A stretch of 64,000 nt of DNA from Paraspadella gotoi (lineage: Eukaryota > Animalia > Chaetognatha): NCBI GenBank assembly GCA_051294375.1, contig CM119268.1:19536625-19600624 (forward strand). Reading direction: 5' to 3'. Positions 12,760-26,204 of the stretch are shown here, in pieces. A program made the translations under genes and the position numbers. Under the pieces are notes generated by a model that was given only the letters and a program-made list of their open reading frames with translations, had not been told where the DNA came from and searched no databases. Positions within the stretch are counted from its first letter, which is position 1. The number at the start of each line of letters is the position of its first letter.

Positions 12760-15700
12760 CAGAAGATGACGGAGACGAGAGAGACAGACAGACGACGAGA
12801 GAGAAGAGAGAGAGGGAAAATTACAAAATCTTTGATTAAAAAAATTTGGAAAATACGGATTTTTTTTCGCACTAATTATATTTATTATTTTATCGGATCT
12901 GCTTATCAGCATCTCCGACTCGATAATCTATTATGTAAAAGGTTCGTCCGTCCCCACCCGCGTAAAATCTTGTCGATCAATCTTCAGTCTGTTTGTCCGT
13001 CCGTCCATCCGTCCGTGCCGTCATTCTGTCCGTCCGGTTTATTAGAATGAAATATTTGTTGGTGTTGTATGAAAATTGTTGCGGATTGAAGCTGGATATA
13101 AAGTTTCGCTTGGAATCGGGAAAGTGGAAACAGTATTAAATAGAAAAAAAACAAAAGTCACATTCACATCATCTTCCACACTGCATAATTATTGAATTAA
13201 TCAATTAATTAATCAATAAAAAATAAATATTTAATTTTTTTCATAATTCTCGACCAAAGAGGAAGAGAGAACAAAAGAAAACAAAAAAAAGACAGAGAAT
13301 AAAGAAAAAGTAAATAAAAAAAATTAGGAGCAAACAATTTTAAATTGAAAGATAAATATTAAAAAAAAAAAATTGTAAAAAAGAAAAAATCAAGAAAGAG
13401 CAGGGTTTGCCAACAGATTTTAATACATTAAATACCCTCTTTCATTTCCTAACCAATACAAAAACACAAATGACCAGGAAGCAAACACGCAGGGTTATTA
13501 TAGCTTCCGGGTTCAATCCTTTATTCTCAATTTTTTTATCGCTCCCGGTTTCGGTTCATCAAAAATCGGCCGCTTTCCACAGTGTTCGCTTACGCCTTTC
13601 CGGATCGCGTCCACCATCTCTGATTTAAACTCATTCCAACTCTGACGATTTCTTCAAAACTTCATATCCAGCTCAATCACACACTTCCCACTCACACACA
13701 AAATTTAATTCAAATCCATCCATCCTCAATCAACGAGTAATTGGTGTTCTTTGCTTAAGGTGGACGGAACGGACGGACCGTTGCGACAGACAGGACAGAC
13801 AGACAGACGGCACGGAACATCATTTTTTGCGATAATTTATCATAATTCGATGTTCTGACATGATACTAAGTGCGGTGCCCGATATTATTGAAGGGGGCAG
13901 ACCGACGGACCGCACGAAGGAATTATAGAGTCGGTATCTGCCTGATAAGCCAGATCCGCACTAAAAATATATGAAAAAATTATGCAACGTTGACCAAATT
14001 ATGCCTTGTTAATATTATGCAAAGTTAAACACAACTTATGGCCAGTTGACCCTCTCAATTACTTGCCACAGTTGACCAAATTAAGCAAATCTGAGGCAAA
14101 TTATGCGCAGTCGAACCAAATTATGCAAGTTGACCGAATTATCGTCATTTTGACCAAATTTTGCAGAGTTGACCAAGATTATAGCCAGCTTTAAAGCAAT
14201 TAATGCGCAGTTTCAGCGCCAATTATGTCATGCTTAAACAAATTCATACCAGTTGACAAAATATGGCAAGTTGACGCAAGTTGTATTCCAGTTGACCAAT
14301 AAGCGCAGATATGAAATTGAAACCGTTGGCAGAATCAAAAATTCCGAATAGTTATTCGTGAAAGGTCATGGAGCTAAGAGAACATTATATATATAGAAAA
14401 AGATTAAATATCTTAATTTTCGAATAACGCCTATAGTTGTATAGCAAAGTATTATCATTAGAGAAAATGTTACAAATTTTAAAATAAGGACTGTTCTTAG
14501 TTTTGAGAAGCAGAATTAAAATTCCTTAATGAAAAAGTGATAAAAAGAAAACTTTAAGTCCTTAATCTAAAAATTTATTTCATGAAATTAGCCGAAAATT
14601 TAAAGAAACTATAGTTTTTATACTAAAATTTAATTTACTATAGATTAATTAATAGATATTTTTTTAGGATTTTGATCAGTTAATGAAATAGATTTTCTAA
14701 AAAGAGTTCATATTTCCTTTTATAACTTTTCGTGCAGGAATTCGAATCTTGGCTTTTAAAATAGAGAAAAAACAATTTAAAATTTTGACCATTTTCCTCT
14801 GGGTGTATACGAAAATTGAAATTAAAAATTTTTTTAATTTTCTGTTATTTTAAAAAATGTGTCACACGGTAAGCATAGCTTGTTCGTGGATCTACTATTC
14901 GACGATTTTGATTCTACTGTTATTTTAACTTATTTTTATTATGCTTCATTGACAAAATTATGCAAGTTGACTAAAATATTGGCAAGTTGATTAAATCTTA
15001 TGCAAGTTCAGTCATTTGGCGCTGCTACTGCGTTCAGTCTAAGAGAGAGATCACATTGATTTATAGCAGTTTTCATAGATTTATTACGAAGTCGTGTTAT
15101 GATTTGTTTAAGCTTATGATTTTGTATAGTCGCGTTAAGTCACAAATGTGAAAATGCAGAAATAATTATTGTTATTTATCATGAATAGCCCCGATTACAC
15201 TAAATAGTCGTAAGGCGAGATGCCGACCAATGTTTGTGCTGACAAAACTTGTTTTGTGATTATTTATATAGTTGCACGTTTGTTTAACGCGGTGTTTTTT
15301 TTTTTCTTTGCCTCTCCTGGAAGCCGGGGGTGGCAAGTGGGGGGGAGCAGGGGCAGAGGGAGGAAGGAACGTACGAGTTGCAGAGTGTTTTATAAATTTG
15401 CAACCATAACTCAATCTTCTACTAATGAGATTTTGAAGAGCCTGCCATATTGATGCAACTCAAGTAGACCTCTGACGGGACGAGGAAAAAGGAGGTGGAA
15501 AGGCGCCAGAGGAGAAAAGAGAGAGGAGAGAGCGAGAGACAGGAGAAGGAGAGACGAGAGAACGAGAGAGAGAGAGAGATGCAGAGAGAGAGAGAAGATT
15601 AATGGTGACAGCAGCCTCATTCCTTCAAAGGTGGAATAACGAAATTATTAATGTCACACGGCCTTTTCCTTTTGTGCCTTTCAAAATAACAAAGAAATAA

Positions 15701-17145
15701 AGTTGAGATGCTGTCGTACGTCTGCTTCGTGTTGTTTGTGCGTTCGTCCGAGAATCCGTTGCGTCCGAGCAAAGCTTTTTGTATCCGTCTTTCGTGTTCT
15801 TCTTGTTTTATTTCCACAGTCATCAGATTCGTTTGTCCGTTTTCGCAATCAGTTCGTATCTAGTCCGTTTGTCAGTTTTAGACACCGGTCATTGTTCCGT
15901 TTCCACCTCTCCACACTCATGCTTAAAAGAAGTGAATCTCGTGCGCTTGGATTAAGTCTGCGAGTTTCAAACTCATTTCTTTTTTTATTTTTTTCATTTT
16001 CTCAGAAATTCTCTCATCATCGCTAGCCGACGAAGATATTTCAATTTACTTTTTTTGAAATCACGTGCATTGACGGCAGCGAGTTTAGTCCCTTAAACCG
16101 GTCTCACGGTTTTAAGTGTCGGGATTGCTTAAGTGTTTTAGTTTTTTAGTGGATCCCTTATCAGGCGCAGATACCGACTCGTATAATTCACTTTGTCGGT
16201 CCGTCGGTTCCGCCCCCTCAAAATTGTCGGACATTCACAGTATATCATATCAGGAACATCGAATTATGATAAATTATTGCAAAAAAGACAAGTTTGAGCA
16301 AACAATGTCGCGATTCTGCCCATCGGATCATTATCGGATAATTGAATAATTAATTAATTTAATGAAATAGCTTAAGTTAATTAATTATTTATTAATTATA
16401 ATTAATTCTATTTCAAGTTAATTATTTAATTATTCTAATGCAATTAATATTATTTGATCGCAAAATGTTTTGTTTTGATTGATTAATTAACCTGATTAAA
16501 TAATTATTGATTAATTAATTGACTAAATTGATTAATTAACTATTAATTATTTGATTCAATTAACCTAATTTAATTATTTGATTAATTAATACATCTTGCA
16601 TTTATGATTTAAAATAAAAGAAAAAGAAGGCATAATTCAATTAGTCGAACAGGCTCTCTTTGTTTTTTCGCATTTTAACACTCATTCGCACTCAAACGAT
16701 TCATTGAAACTGATTTTCCAGTTTAAATCACACACATTTCTAACCCGAATACAAAATTTCCACTCATGAGTAATTGCGTGTTTCAAATAGTGAATATAAT
16801 TTTGTTGGTTTTTCCATTTAAACTTATTTCCGACTTGACGATTCGCATTCGAACTTCACTAGTCCAGCTCAATCACAACCCTTCCCTACCCACACACAGA
16901 GAATTTCATTCCATCATGCCATCCATCCAATGCACGAGTAATTGGCTGTTTTTTGCCTAAGGTGGGACGGATCGCCGACATCGTTTATTTTGTGCTGGCA
17001 TAATTTATCTAAATTCGATGTTGCTTAGACTGACGTGATAGTGTGACATGCCACGCGATTGAGGGGGCCGGGACTGACTCGATTTGAGGAGTGGAAATGA
17101 GTTTGGCATGAAAAAAAACANNNNNNNNNNNNNNNNNNNNNNNNN

Positions 17146-17770
17146 TTATATTTCACTATTTGAACACCAATTACTCATGAGTGGAAATTTTGTATTCGGG
17201 TAGAAATGTGTGTGATTAAACTGGAAATCAAGTTTCAATGGAATCGTTTGAGTGGAAATGAGTTTAAATGGAAAAAACAAAGAACCTGTTTCACTAATTG
17301 ATTATGCTTCTTTTTCTTTTTATTTTAAATATAAATGCAAGATGTATTAATTAATCAAATAATTAATTAGTTAATTAATCAAATAATTAATTAGTTAATT
17401 AATCAATTAGTCAATTAATTAATCAATAATTATTTAATCAGTTAATTAATCAATCAAAACAAACATTTTGGATCAAATTAATTAATTAATTGCATAAATA
17501 ATTAAATAATTAACTTGAATAAATTAATTATTAATTAATTAAATAATTAATTAATTAAGTATTTATTAATTAATTAATTATTAATTACCGATAATGATCG
17601 TGGGCAGATCCGACATTGTTTGCTCAAACTTGTTTTTTGCATAATTTATCATAATTCGATGTTCTGATATGATATAAGTGAATGTCCGACAATTTTGAGG
17701 GGGCGAACCGACGGACCGACAAAGTGAATTATAGAGTCGGTATCTGCTGATAAGCGGATCCGACTAAAAA
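17146..17770. mobile_element. Nested HINE-like fragments in opposite orientation
   Basis: Plus-strand 3' end GCAGATCCGACATTGTTTGCTCAAACTTGTT at 17604-17634 abuts a minus-strand 5' portion ending CTGCTGATAAGCGGATCCGACTAAAAA at about 17770. Confidence 0.7.
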
Positions 17771-19825
17771 ACTAAACACTTACAATCCCGACATTAAACC
17801 GTGAGACGGTTTTAAGCGACTAACTCGCTGCCGTCAATTCACGTGATTTCAAAAAAGTAAATTGAAATCTTCGTCGCTACGATGATGAGAGAATTTCTGA
17901 GAAAATGAAAAAAATAAAAAAAGAAATGAGTTGAAACTCGAGACTTAATCAAACGCACGAGATTCACTCTTTTAAGATGAGTGTGGAGAGGTGGACACGG
18001 ACAATGACCGGTGTAAAAACTGACAAACGGACTGATACGAACTGATTGGAAAACGGACAAACGAATCGATGACTGTGGAAATAACAGAGAGAAACACGGA
18101 AAGACGGATACAAAAGCTTTGTCGGACAAACGGATTCTCGGACGAACGCACAAACGAAACGAACAGACGTACGGACAGCATCTCAATTTGATCTTTGTTA
18201 TTTTGAAAGCAAAAAGGAAAAGGCGTGTGACATTAATAAGTTTCGTTATCCACCTTTGAAGGAATGCAGCTGCCTGTCACCATCTAGTCTTCCTCTCTCT
18301 CTCTCTCATCTCTCCTCCTCTCTCTCGTCTCTCTCTCTCTCTCTCTCTCATGATCTCTCTCTCTCTCCTCTCTCTTTTCTCCCTCTGGCCCGCCTTTCCA
18401 CCTCCCTGTTCCTCGTCCCGTCAGCAGGTCTACTTGAGTTGCATCAGTATGGCAGCTCTTCAAAACTCTCATTAGCTAGAAGATTGAGTTATTGTTGCGA
18501 AATTTATAAAACACTCATGCCACACTTCGACGTTCCTCCTCCCTCCCCCTGCTCCCCCGCCACTTGCCCCCCCGCGCTTCCAGGGAGCCAAAGAAAAAAA
18601 AAAACCCCGCGTTAAACAAACGTGCAACTAAAAATCACAAACAATTTGAGCAAAACATTTCGCGCATCTCGCCCTTACGACTAATTTAGTGGTAATCGGC
18701 TATTCATGCATAAATAACAATAATTATTTCTGCATTTCACATTGTGACTTAACCGACCTATAGCAAAATCATAAGCTTAAACAAATCATAAACACGAACT
18801 TCGTAATAAATCTATGAAAAACTCTATAAAATCAATTGAACTCTCTTCTACACTAACCAGTAGCAGCGCCCAATGACTAACTTAGCATAAGTTAATCAAC
18901 TTGCCATATTTTAGTCAACTGCATAGATTTCTCGTCAATGAAGCATAATAAAAATTATTAAAATAAAGTAGAATCAAAATTCGAATAGTAGATCACGAAC
19001 AAGCTTGTACCTGTGAACATTTTTAAATAAAAAAATTTAAAAAATTTAATTTCAATTTTCGTATACAACCATAGAAAATGTCAAAATTTTAAAATTGTTT
19101 TTCTTATTTTTAAAAGCAGATTCGAATTCCTCACGAAAAGTTGATAAAAGGAAATATAACTCTTTTTAGAAAATTATTTCATTAAGTGGATCAAAATCCT
19201 AAAAAACTATTATTATTAATCTATAGTAATTAAATTTTAGTATAAAAATATAGTTTTTTAAATTTTTGGCTAATTTCATGAAATAATTTTTGATTAAGAC
19301 TTAAATTTTCTTTTATCAACTTTTTCATTAAGAATTTTAATCTGCTTTCAAAACTAAGAAAACCTTATTTTAAAATTTAACATTTTCTATGATAAGTACT
19401 ATGTATAAATATAGGCGTATTCGAAAATTAAGATATTTAATTTTTTTTTATATATATTAATGTTCTTTAGTCCATGACCTTTCATGAATAACTATTCGAA
19501 TTTTGATCTGCAACTTTCACTATGCCTTATTGGTCAACTGGAATAACTTGGTCAACTTGCATAATTTTGTCAACTGGTAGAATTTGTTTAACTGCCATAA
19601 TTTGGTAAACTGGCATAATTTGTTTAACTGGCATAATTTGGTCAACTTGCAAAATTTGGTCAAATGAGATAATTCGGTCAACTTGCATAATTTGGTCGAC
19701 TGGCATAATTTGGTCAATTTGCTTAATTTGGTCAACTGGCATAATTAGGTCAACTGGCATAAGTTTGTTAACTTGCATAATTTTAACAGGCATAATTTGG
19801 TCAACTTGCATAATTTTTTCATATA

Positions 19826-20157
19826 TTTTTAGTCGGATCTGCTTATCAGCAGATCCCGACTCTATAATTCACTTCGTCGGTCCGTCGGTCTGCCCCCTCA
19901 ATAATATCGGGCACCCACTTATATCATGTCAGAACATCGAATTATGATAAATTATGCAAAAAAATGATGTCCGTCCGTCTGTCTGTCTGTCTGTCTGTCC
20001 AACGGTCCGTCCGTCCGTCCCACCTTAGCAAAAAACACCAATTACTCGTGATTGGATGGATGGATTTGAATTAAATTTTGTGTGTGAGTAGGGAAGTGTG
20101 TGATTGAGCTGGATATGAAGTTTTGAAGAAATCGTCAGAGTGGAAATGAGTTTAAAT
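19826..20157 (+). mobile_element. HINE-like element 5' portion
   Basis: TTTTTAGTCGGATCTGC-TTATCA-GCAGATCCCGACT hairpin at 19826-19861, conserved block, then (GTCY)n microsatellite at about 19969-20020. Confidence 0.8.
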
Positions 20158-20589
20158 CAGAGATGTGGACGCGATCCGGAAAGCGTAAGCGAACACTGTG
20201 GAAGCGGCCGATTTTTGATGAACCCGAAACCGGGAGCGATAAAAAAATTGAGAATAAAGGATTGAACCCGGAAGCTATAATAACCCTGCGTGTTTGCTTC
20301 CTGGTCATTTGTTTTTATTGGTTAGAAATGAAAGGTATTTAATGTATTAAAATCTTTGCAAACCCCTGCTCTTTCTTGATTTTTCTTTTTTACAATTTTT
20401 TTTTAATATTTATTTTCAACATTTAAAATTGTTTGCTCCTAATTTTTTTTATTTACTTTTTCTTATTCTCTTCTTTTTTTTTGTTTTCTTTTGTTCTCTC
20501 TTCCTCTTTGGTCGAGAATCTATGAAAAAAATTAAATATTTATTTTTTATTGATTAATTAATTGATTAATTCAATAATTAATGCAGTGT

Positions 20590-20861
20590 GGAAGATGATG
20601 TGAATGTGACTTTTGTTTTTTCTATTTAAACTGTTTCCACTTTCCCGATTCCAGCGAAACTTTATATCCAGCTCAATCCCACAATTTCATACCAACACAC
20701 AAAATTTCATTCTAATACAACCGGACGGACAGAATGACGGACGGACGGATGGACGGACGGACAAACAGACTGAGATGATCGACAAGATTTAGGGGTGGGA
20801 CCGACGGACCTACAAATAGATTATCGAGTCGGAATCTGCTGATAAGCAGATCCGACTAAAA
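20590..20861 (-). mobile_element. HINE-like element 5' portion
   Basis: (GGAC)n tract then GAGTCGGAATCTGCTGATAAGCAGATCCGACTAAAA. Confidence 0.75.
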
Positions 20862-21549
20862 ATAATAAATATAATTATGCCGAAAAAAAATCGATTTTCC
20901 AATTTTTTTAATCAAAGATTTTTATTTTCCTCTCNNNNNNNNNNTCCGTGGGTAAAACCGCGAAAAAATAAAATCGAACGAATCGTTAGGATTTCATGAA
21001 TATCGTTTTCCGCCTCGTGGAGAAATTGTCGATAAACGTAATTTGAATCGAGGGGGGGGGTTTAAAGAAAATAATATGAATCGAGGGGGGGGGTTAAGGA
21101 AGATAATATTGTAATCGCGAGATAAGTAAAAGGCCAACTACTCCAGCTCAACGTAAAAGTTTCGCGACGAATTTGATTTTTGAAAGAGAATTTTTTCTTT
21201 AAATTTTATTTTCTCTTCAAAAAACACGTAATTAGGCGTCATTTCGCAGTTTCATAAATAATTAAGTGAATCCCGCTAGAACTTCAGAGACAGTGAGAAG
21301 ACGACGAGGACAATGACGACGAAAAGGACAAAGACGATAGTCTCCAACGACAATGACGTCAAAAATGACTAAGTATCCAACGTCAAAAGGACAACAATGA
21401 AAAAGACACTAAATCGGCAGCTTTTCTTCGGTCATTTGAGTTCTTCTCAGGTCATTCATCCTTTTCGTAGGAAATGGAACCACAATAAGTCTCTCGATTT
21501 CTCGATATCTTTATTTCTCCATGTTTTTCCACTTGGTTTCCGAGATGAA

Positions 21550-21629
<80 letters not shown>

Positions 21630-21699
21630 AGGGATAGAAAAACGGGAAGGAAAGAAACAAGAGAGAAAGAGGAAAAGAAAGAGAGAGAGAGAAAAGAGA

Positions 21700-21750
<51 letters not shown>

Positions 21751-22059
21751 TGATAATTTTTTTCCTGCTGCTTTTTCATGACTGAAGCTCGCTTTTGATC
21801 CTTTCATTCGTTCGTTCATACGTTCATTCATCGATAATTCATTCATTGTGCTCTTTATGTTGTCAATTCATTGTGTTAATTTGCTTTTGCTGAAAATTTT
21901 CGTCGACTGAATTTACTTTTTTTCCCTGAAATTTGCTTATTTTTTCGTTTATTCGCCTTTTATTCTTTTCTTTTAAAACGATCTTCTTTTATTTTTTTTC
22001 TTCTTTTCTAATTTCTTTTTTTCCGGCTTTGTCTCTTTTCATCTCTTCTCTTTCTATCT

Positions 22060-23712
22060 AAACTTTCTATTCTAACCTTTCTTTTTTCCTTGTTTCCTAT
22101 TTTAACCTTTCTTTTTGTTCTATAATTTATTTTCTCTATTCTCACCTTTATATTTTTTTTCTTTTCTCTATTCTTTTCTTTTCTTTATTCTAAAATTTCT
22201 ATTTTTCCTTTCTCTTTTCGTTTCTCTATTCTAACCTTTCTTTTATCCTCTCTCTTTTCTTTTCTCTATTCTAACTTTTCTTTGTTCCTCTCTCTTTTCT
22301 TTTTTCTATTCTAACCTTTCGTTTTTCCTCTCTGTTTCTTTTCTCTATTCTAAACTTCCTTTGTTTTTCTCTCTCTTATTTTTTCTCTTTTCTAACCTTT
22401 CTTTTTTTTTCTCTCTTTCTTTTTTCTATTCTAACCTTTCTTTTTTCTTTTCTCTTTTCTTTTCTCTATTCTAACCTTTGGTTTTTTCCTCTCTCTTTTC
22501 TTTTCTTTATTCTAAATATTTTTTTTCTCTTTTCTTTTCTCTAATCTAACCTTTTTTTTTTCTCTCTCTTTTCTTTCCTTTCATTTTTCTTTTCTTTATT
22601 CTAACCTTTCGTTTTTTCCTCTCCCTTTTCTTTCTCTATTCTAACCTTTCTTTTTCCCCTCTCTTCTTCTTTCTTTTCTCTATTCTAACTTTTCGTTTTT
22701 TCTTCTCTCTTTTCTTTTCTCTATTTTAACCTTTCTTTTTTCCTCTCTTTTCTTTTTTCTATTCTAACCTTTTTTTTTCCACTCTCTTTTTTTTCTCTAT
22801 TTTAACCTTTCTTTTTTTCCTCTCTTTTCTTTTCTTTATTCTAACCTTTCTTTTTCCGCTCTCTTTTCTTATCGCTATTCTAACCTTTCTTTTTTTCTCT
22901 CTCTTCTTTTCTCTATTCTAACCTTTCTTTTTTCCTCTCTCTTTTCCTTTCTTATTCTAACCTTTCTTTTTTTCTCTCTTTTGTTTTCTCCATTTTAACC
23001 TTTCTTTTTTCTCTCACTTCTTTTCTTTATTCTAACCTTTCTTTTTTCCTCTCTTTTCTTTTCTTTATTCTAACCTTTATTTTTTCCTATCTCTTTTCCT
23101 TTCTCTATTTTAATCTTTCTTTTTTCCTCTCTCTTTTCTTTTCTCTATTCTAATCTTTCTTTTTTCCTCTCTCTTGTCTTTTGTCTGTTTTAATTTTTTT
23201 TTACCTCTCTTTGCTTTTCTCTATTAATTTTTTTTCCTCTCTCTTTCTTTTCGCTATTCTATATTCTCTATTTCTCTTTTCTAGCCATTTTTTCTTCTCT
23301 CTTTTCTTTCTCTATTCTAACCTTTCTTTTTTCTCTCTCTTTTCTTTACTCTATTTTAAACTTTTTTATCTTCTCTCCTATCTTTTCTCTATTCTAAACT
23401 TTTTTTTTCTCTCTCTTCTTTTCTCAATTCTAACCTTTATTTTTCCTCTCACTTCTTTTCTTTATTCTAACCTTTATTTTTTCCTCCTCTTTTCTTTTCT
23501 TTACTCTAACCTTTATTTTTTCCTCTCTCTTTTCTTTTTTCTATTCTAACCTTTCTTTTTTTCCCTCTTTCTTTTATTTACTCTGTTCTAACCTTTCTTT
23601 TTTCCTCCCTCTTTCCTTTTCTCTATTCTAACCTTTCTTTTTACCTATCTTTGCTTTTCTCTATACTAACCTTTCTTTTTTCCTCTCTCTTTTCCTTTCT
23701 CTATTCTAACTT
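22060..23712 (+). repeat. Pyrimidine-rich satellite, ~38-40-bp unit with core CTATTCTAACCTTTC
   Basis: Roughly 40 tandem units visible; garbled mirror copy at about 9140-11480. Confidence 0.9.
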
Positions 23713-24077
23713 TCGATTCCGATTGTTTGTTTTTCCTCGTAAAACTTTTTTTTATTTCATGACTTCGCGTCTTCGCACGGAATTTATTTTTCTTCTGGAA
23801 TTCAGAAAAGTAAGTTAACATTAACGAAAACAAATATGGTAAATATATATCCGCTTTCATCTCTTACAATGTTACTTTTTCTTTCTTTCTTTTCTCTTTT
23901 TTTGTTGGTCAATTTCTTTTTTAATCTTTTTTTTTGTTGTTTTTTTTTTCAGAATTTTTCAGATATTTTGTCACTTTTCTTTTTCCAGTTTATTTTCTCA
24001 TTTTATTTTTTAATTATTCTTGTCAATTTCTTTTGACAGTTTTTGCCTAATTTGTATTATATTACATTATATTTTCC

Positions 24078-24191
24078 ACGAAATGTATTTGACAATTTGT
24101 TAGTCGGACATGTTTCGACTTTGTAGTTCATGAAAACACTAACTGCAGAGTCGAAACATGTCCGACAAATAAATTGTCAAATACATTTCGT
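24078..24191. repeat. ~50-bp-arm inverted repeat carrying GTCGAAACATGTCC in each arm
   Basis: ACGAAATGTATTTGACAATTTG...TCGGACATGTTTCGACT paired with AGTCGAAACATGTCCGA...AAATTGTCAAATACATTTCGT. Confidence 0.85.
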
Positions 24192-24589
24192 TGTTAAACA
24201 ATTCAAAACTTTTTTTTTCCCGAAAAAGAAAGAAAATACGCAATATATTTTCTACATTCTGAGTGCCTCTCAAACTAAATATCAGCTCCTGAGCACTTGT
24301 TTTCTAGTTTGCATTTTCTGCATTCTGTTTGCTCTAAGATTTATGACAATATAATTTTCTCAGACTCAAAGGATAGTAACGGTTATGAGAGAATCGATTG
24401 CATATCGGGAAGGGAGCGCTCATTTTCTTGTTTGTTTTGTTTTGTTTTTTTGTTTGTTTTTGTTATTTTTTCTGAACAATTGAAAGAATATTACAATTTT
24501 ATTAAATATGAATTTTGGGAGAATATCAAATTATTTTCGTTAATATGTAAAAAATAATTCTATCTCTATCTTCTTCCTCTCTCTTCTCT

Positions 24590-24631
<42 letters not shown>

Positions 24632-24821
24632 GCTCTCTGTCTTTCTTTTAACGCCCTTCTTACTCTTCTCATCTGTGTTTCGCTTCCTTTTAACGTTTGT
24701 ATCCTCACATCAGTGACGTATGTCTGTCGTCTGTTGGGACTTAATAATTTAAACAAAAAATAAAGAAAAGGAGAAAAAAATACAAAAAAGACAAGAGAGA
24801 CTGACTGAAAGACAGACACAG

Positions 24822-24891
<70 letters not shown>

Positions 24892-25253
24892 ACGAAAGAT
24901 AGAAAGAAAGAAAAAAAAATTGAGAGTTACATGCATCTTCCTATTCAATCATTTGCTATAATATTTTCATCATGCTTGTCAATAGTTCTGATTGTCTCTT
25001 TTGTCAATTCTGCAGCAAAATTGTTGTTTGCGAATTCTGTGGCAAAAGCTTCATCTGCCTACTCTGCAGTATAATTGTCGTCTATCAATTCTGCAGCAAA
25101 AATGTCGTCCGGTCAATTCCCTGCGATGATATTTAATATTTTCAGTGATGATTAAAGTAATAAAAGTGATAAAAGTAATGAAATCTTAAAATAAAAAATC
25201 TTAAAAGCAATAGGGATCGAGCCTGCTTTTGATGTTAACCAAATATTGATGCT

Positions 25254-25484
25254 GAAGAGACAGTAATTATTGATAAGTGTTAATGACAGAACCGTTCAAT
25301 ATAAGCAATCCATGAGCTTCGGATCAGGCTGTAACACCATGTTACAGGCGGGTTAAGCGCCCCGTCCCTCTTAACTGCCAGACGACCACCGGGCGAGAAC
25401 CCCGGACCTTTGGGTTGGGAGGCGAATGACTTGCCTCCAGCACCAATGGCCGCTGATGAAGGGTTGGTAGATTTTAGTCCACCA
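25254..25484 (-). mobile_element. tRNA-derived SINE-like element, copy A
   Basis: ~230-bp repeat with a 72-nt tRNA-like head (A-box-like TGGTGCTGGAGG, B-box-like GGTTCTCGCCC); highly similar to copies at 25677 and 31774. Confidence 0.75.
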
Positions 25485-25663
25485 TACATCCCCCCCTCCC
25501 GTCGGGAGAAGTCTGTTGCGTCTCTTCAGTGAATTGTTGTTGTTGGTGGAAAGTTCGTCACCAAGTTGAGGCATGTTGCCTGATGTGTTGTGGGCGGAAA
25601 ATGCATCGCCAGGTTGAAGCATGTTGCCTGAAAGGGTTGCTGTTGCTGTTGTGTTCGGAAGTC

Positions 25664-25906
25664 GGGCTCACCAATAAAGAGACAGTAATTATTGATAAGT
25701 ATTAATGACAGAACCGTTCAATATAAGCAGTCCCTGAGCTTCGGATCAGGCTGTAACACCATGTTACAGGCGGGTTGAGCGCCCCGTCCCTCTTAACTAT
25801 CAGACGACCACCGGGCTAGAACCCCGGACCTTTGGGTTGGGAGGCGAATGACTTGCCTCCAGCACCAATGGCCGCTGATGAACGGTTGGTGGATTTTAGT
25901 CCACCA
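25664..25906 (-). mobile_element. tRNA-derived SINE-like element, copy B
   Basis: Same repeat as copy A; internal hairpin CTGTAACA-CCA-TGTTACAG. Confidence 0.75.
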
Positions 25907-26204
25907 TAATGCGATGATAACCAAAAAAAGCGAAGTAGTTTTTATATAAAAACAGCGTGACGACAACGACGACGACGACGACGACGAATCAATATCGAGC
26001 CTGAACCGGCTTCGCCGGTAGGCTCGATAAAAAGACACAGTCGGCTTTAAAAACTGGAAGAGAAAAAAGTAGTGAACATCGCAGAAAAGATAGCGAGTGA
26101 ACGAAAATATGAGGAGGCGAGATGATCGGACTAAGCCAAGTTGGAAACGGGTTACTATATGAAATTTAAAATTTTCCCAGAACTTCCAATTTTCTCCTAT
26201 ATTC

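Noticed and set aside
19530-19815. Regular short repeats as a possible CRISPR array (also the 39-bp and 60-bp arrays)
   Set aside because: Head-to-tail tandem units without unique spacers, no cas genes, eukaryotic context.
25874-25906. CTGATGA followed by a hairpin in the SINE-like element as another hammerhead
   Set aside because: No GAAA box or cleavage triplet follows in any of the three copies.
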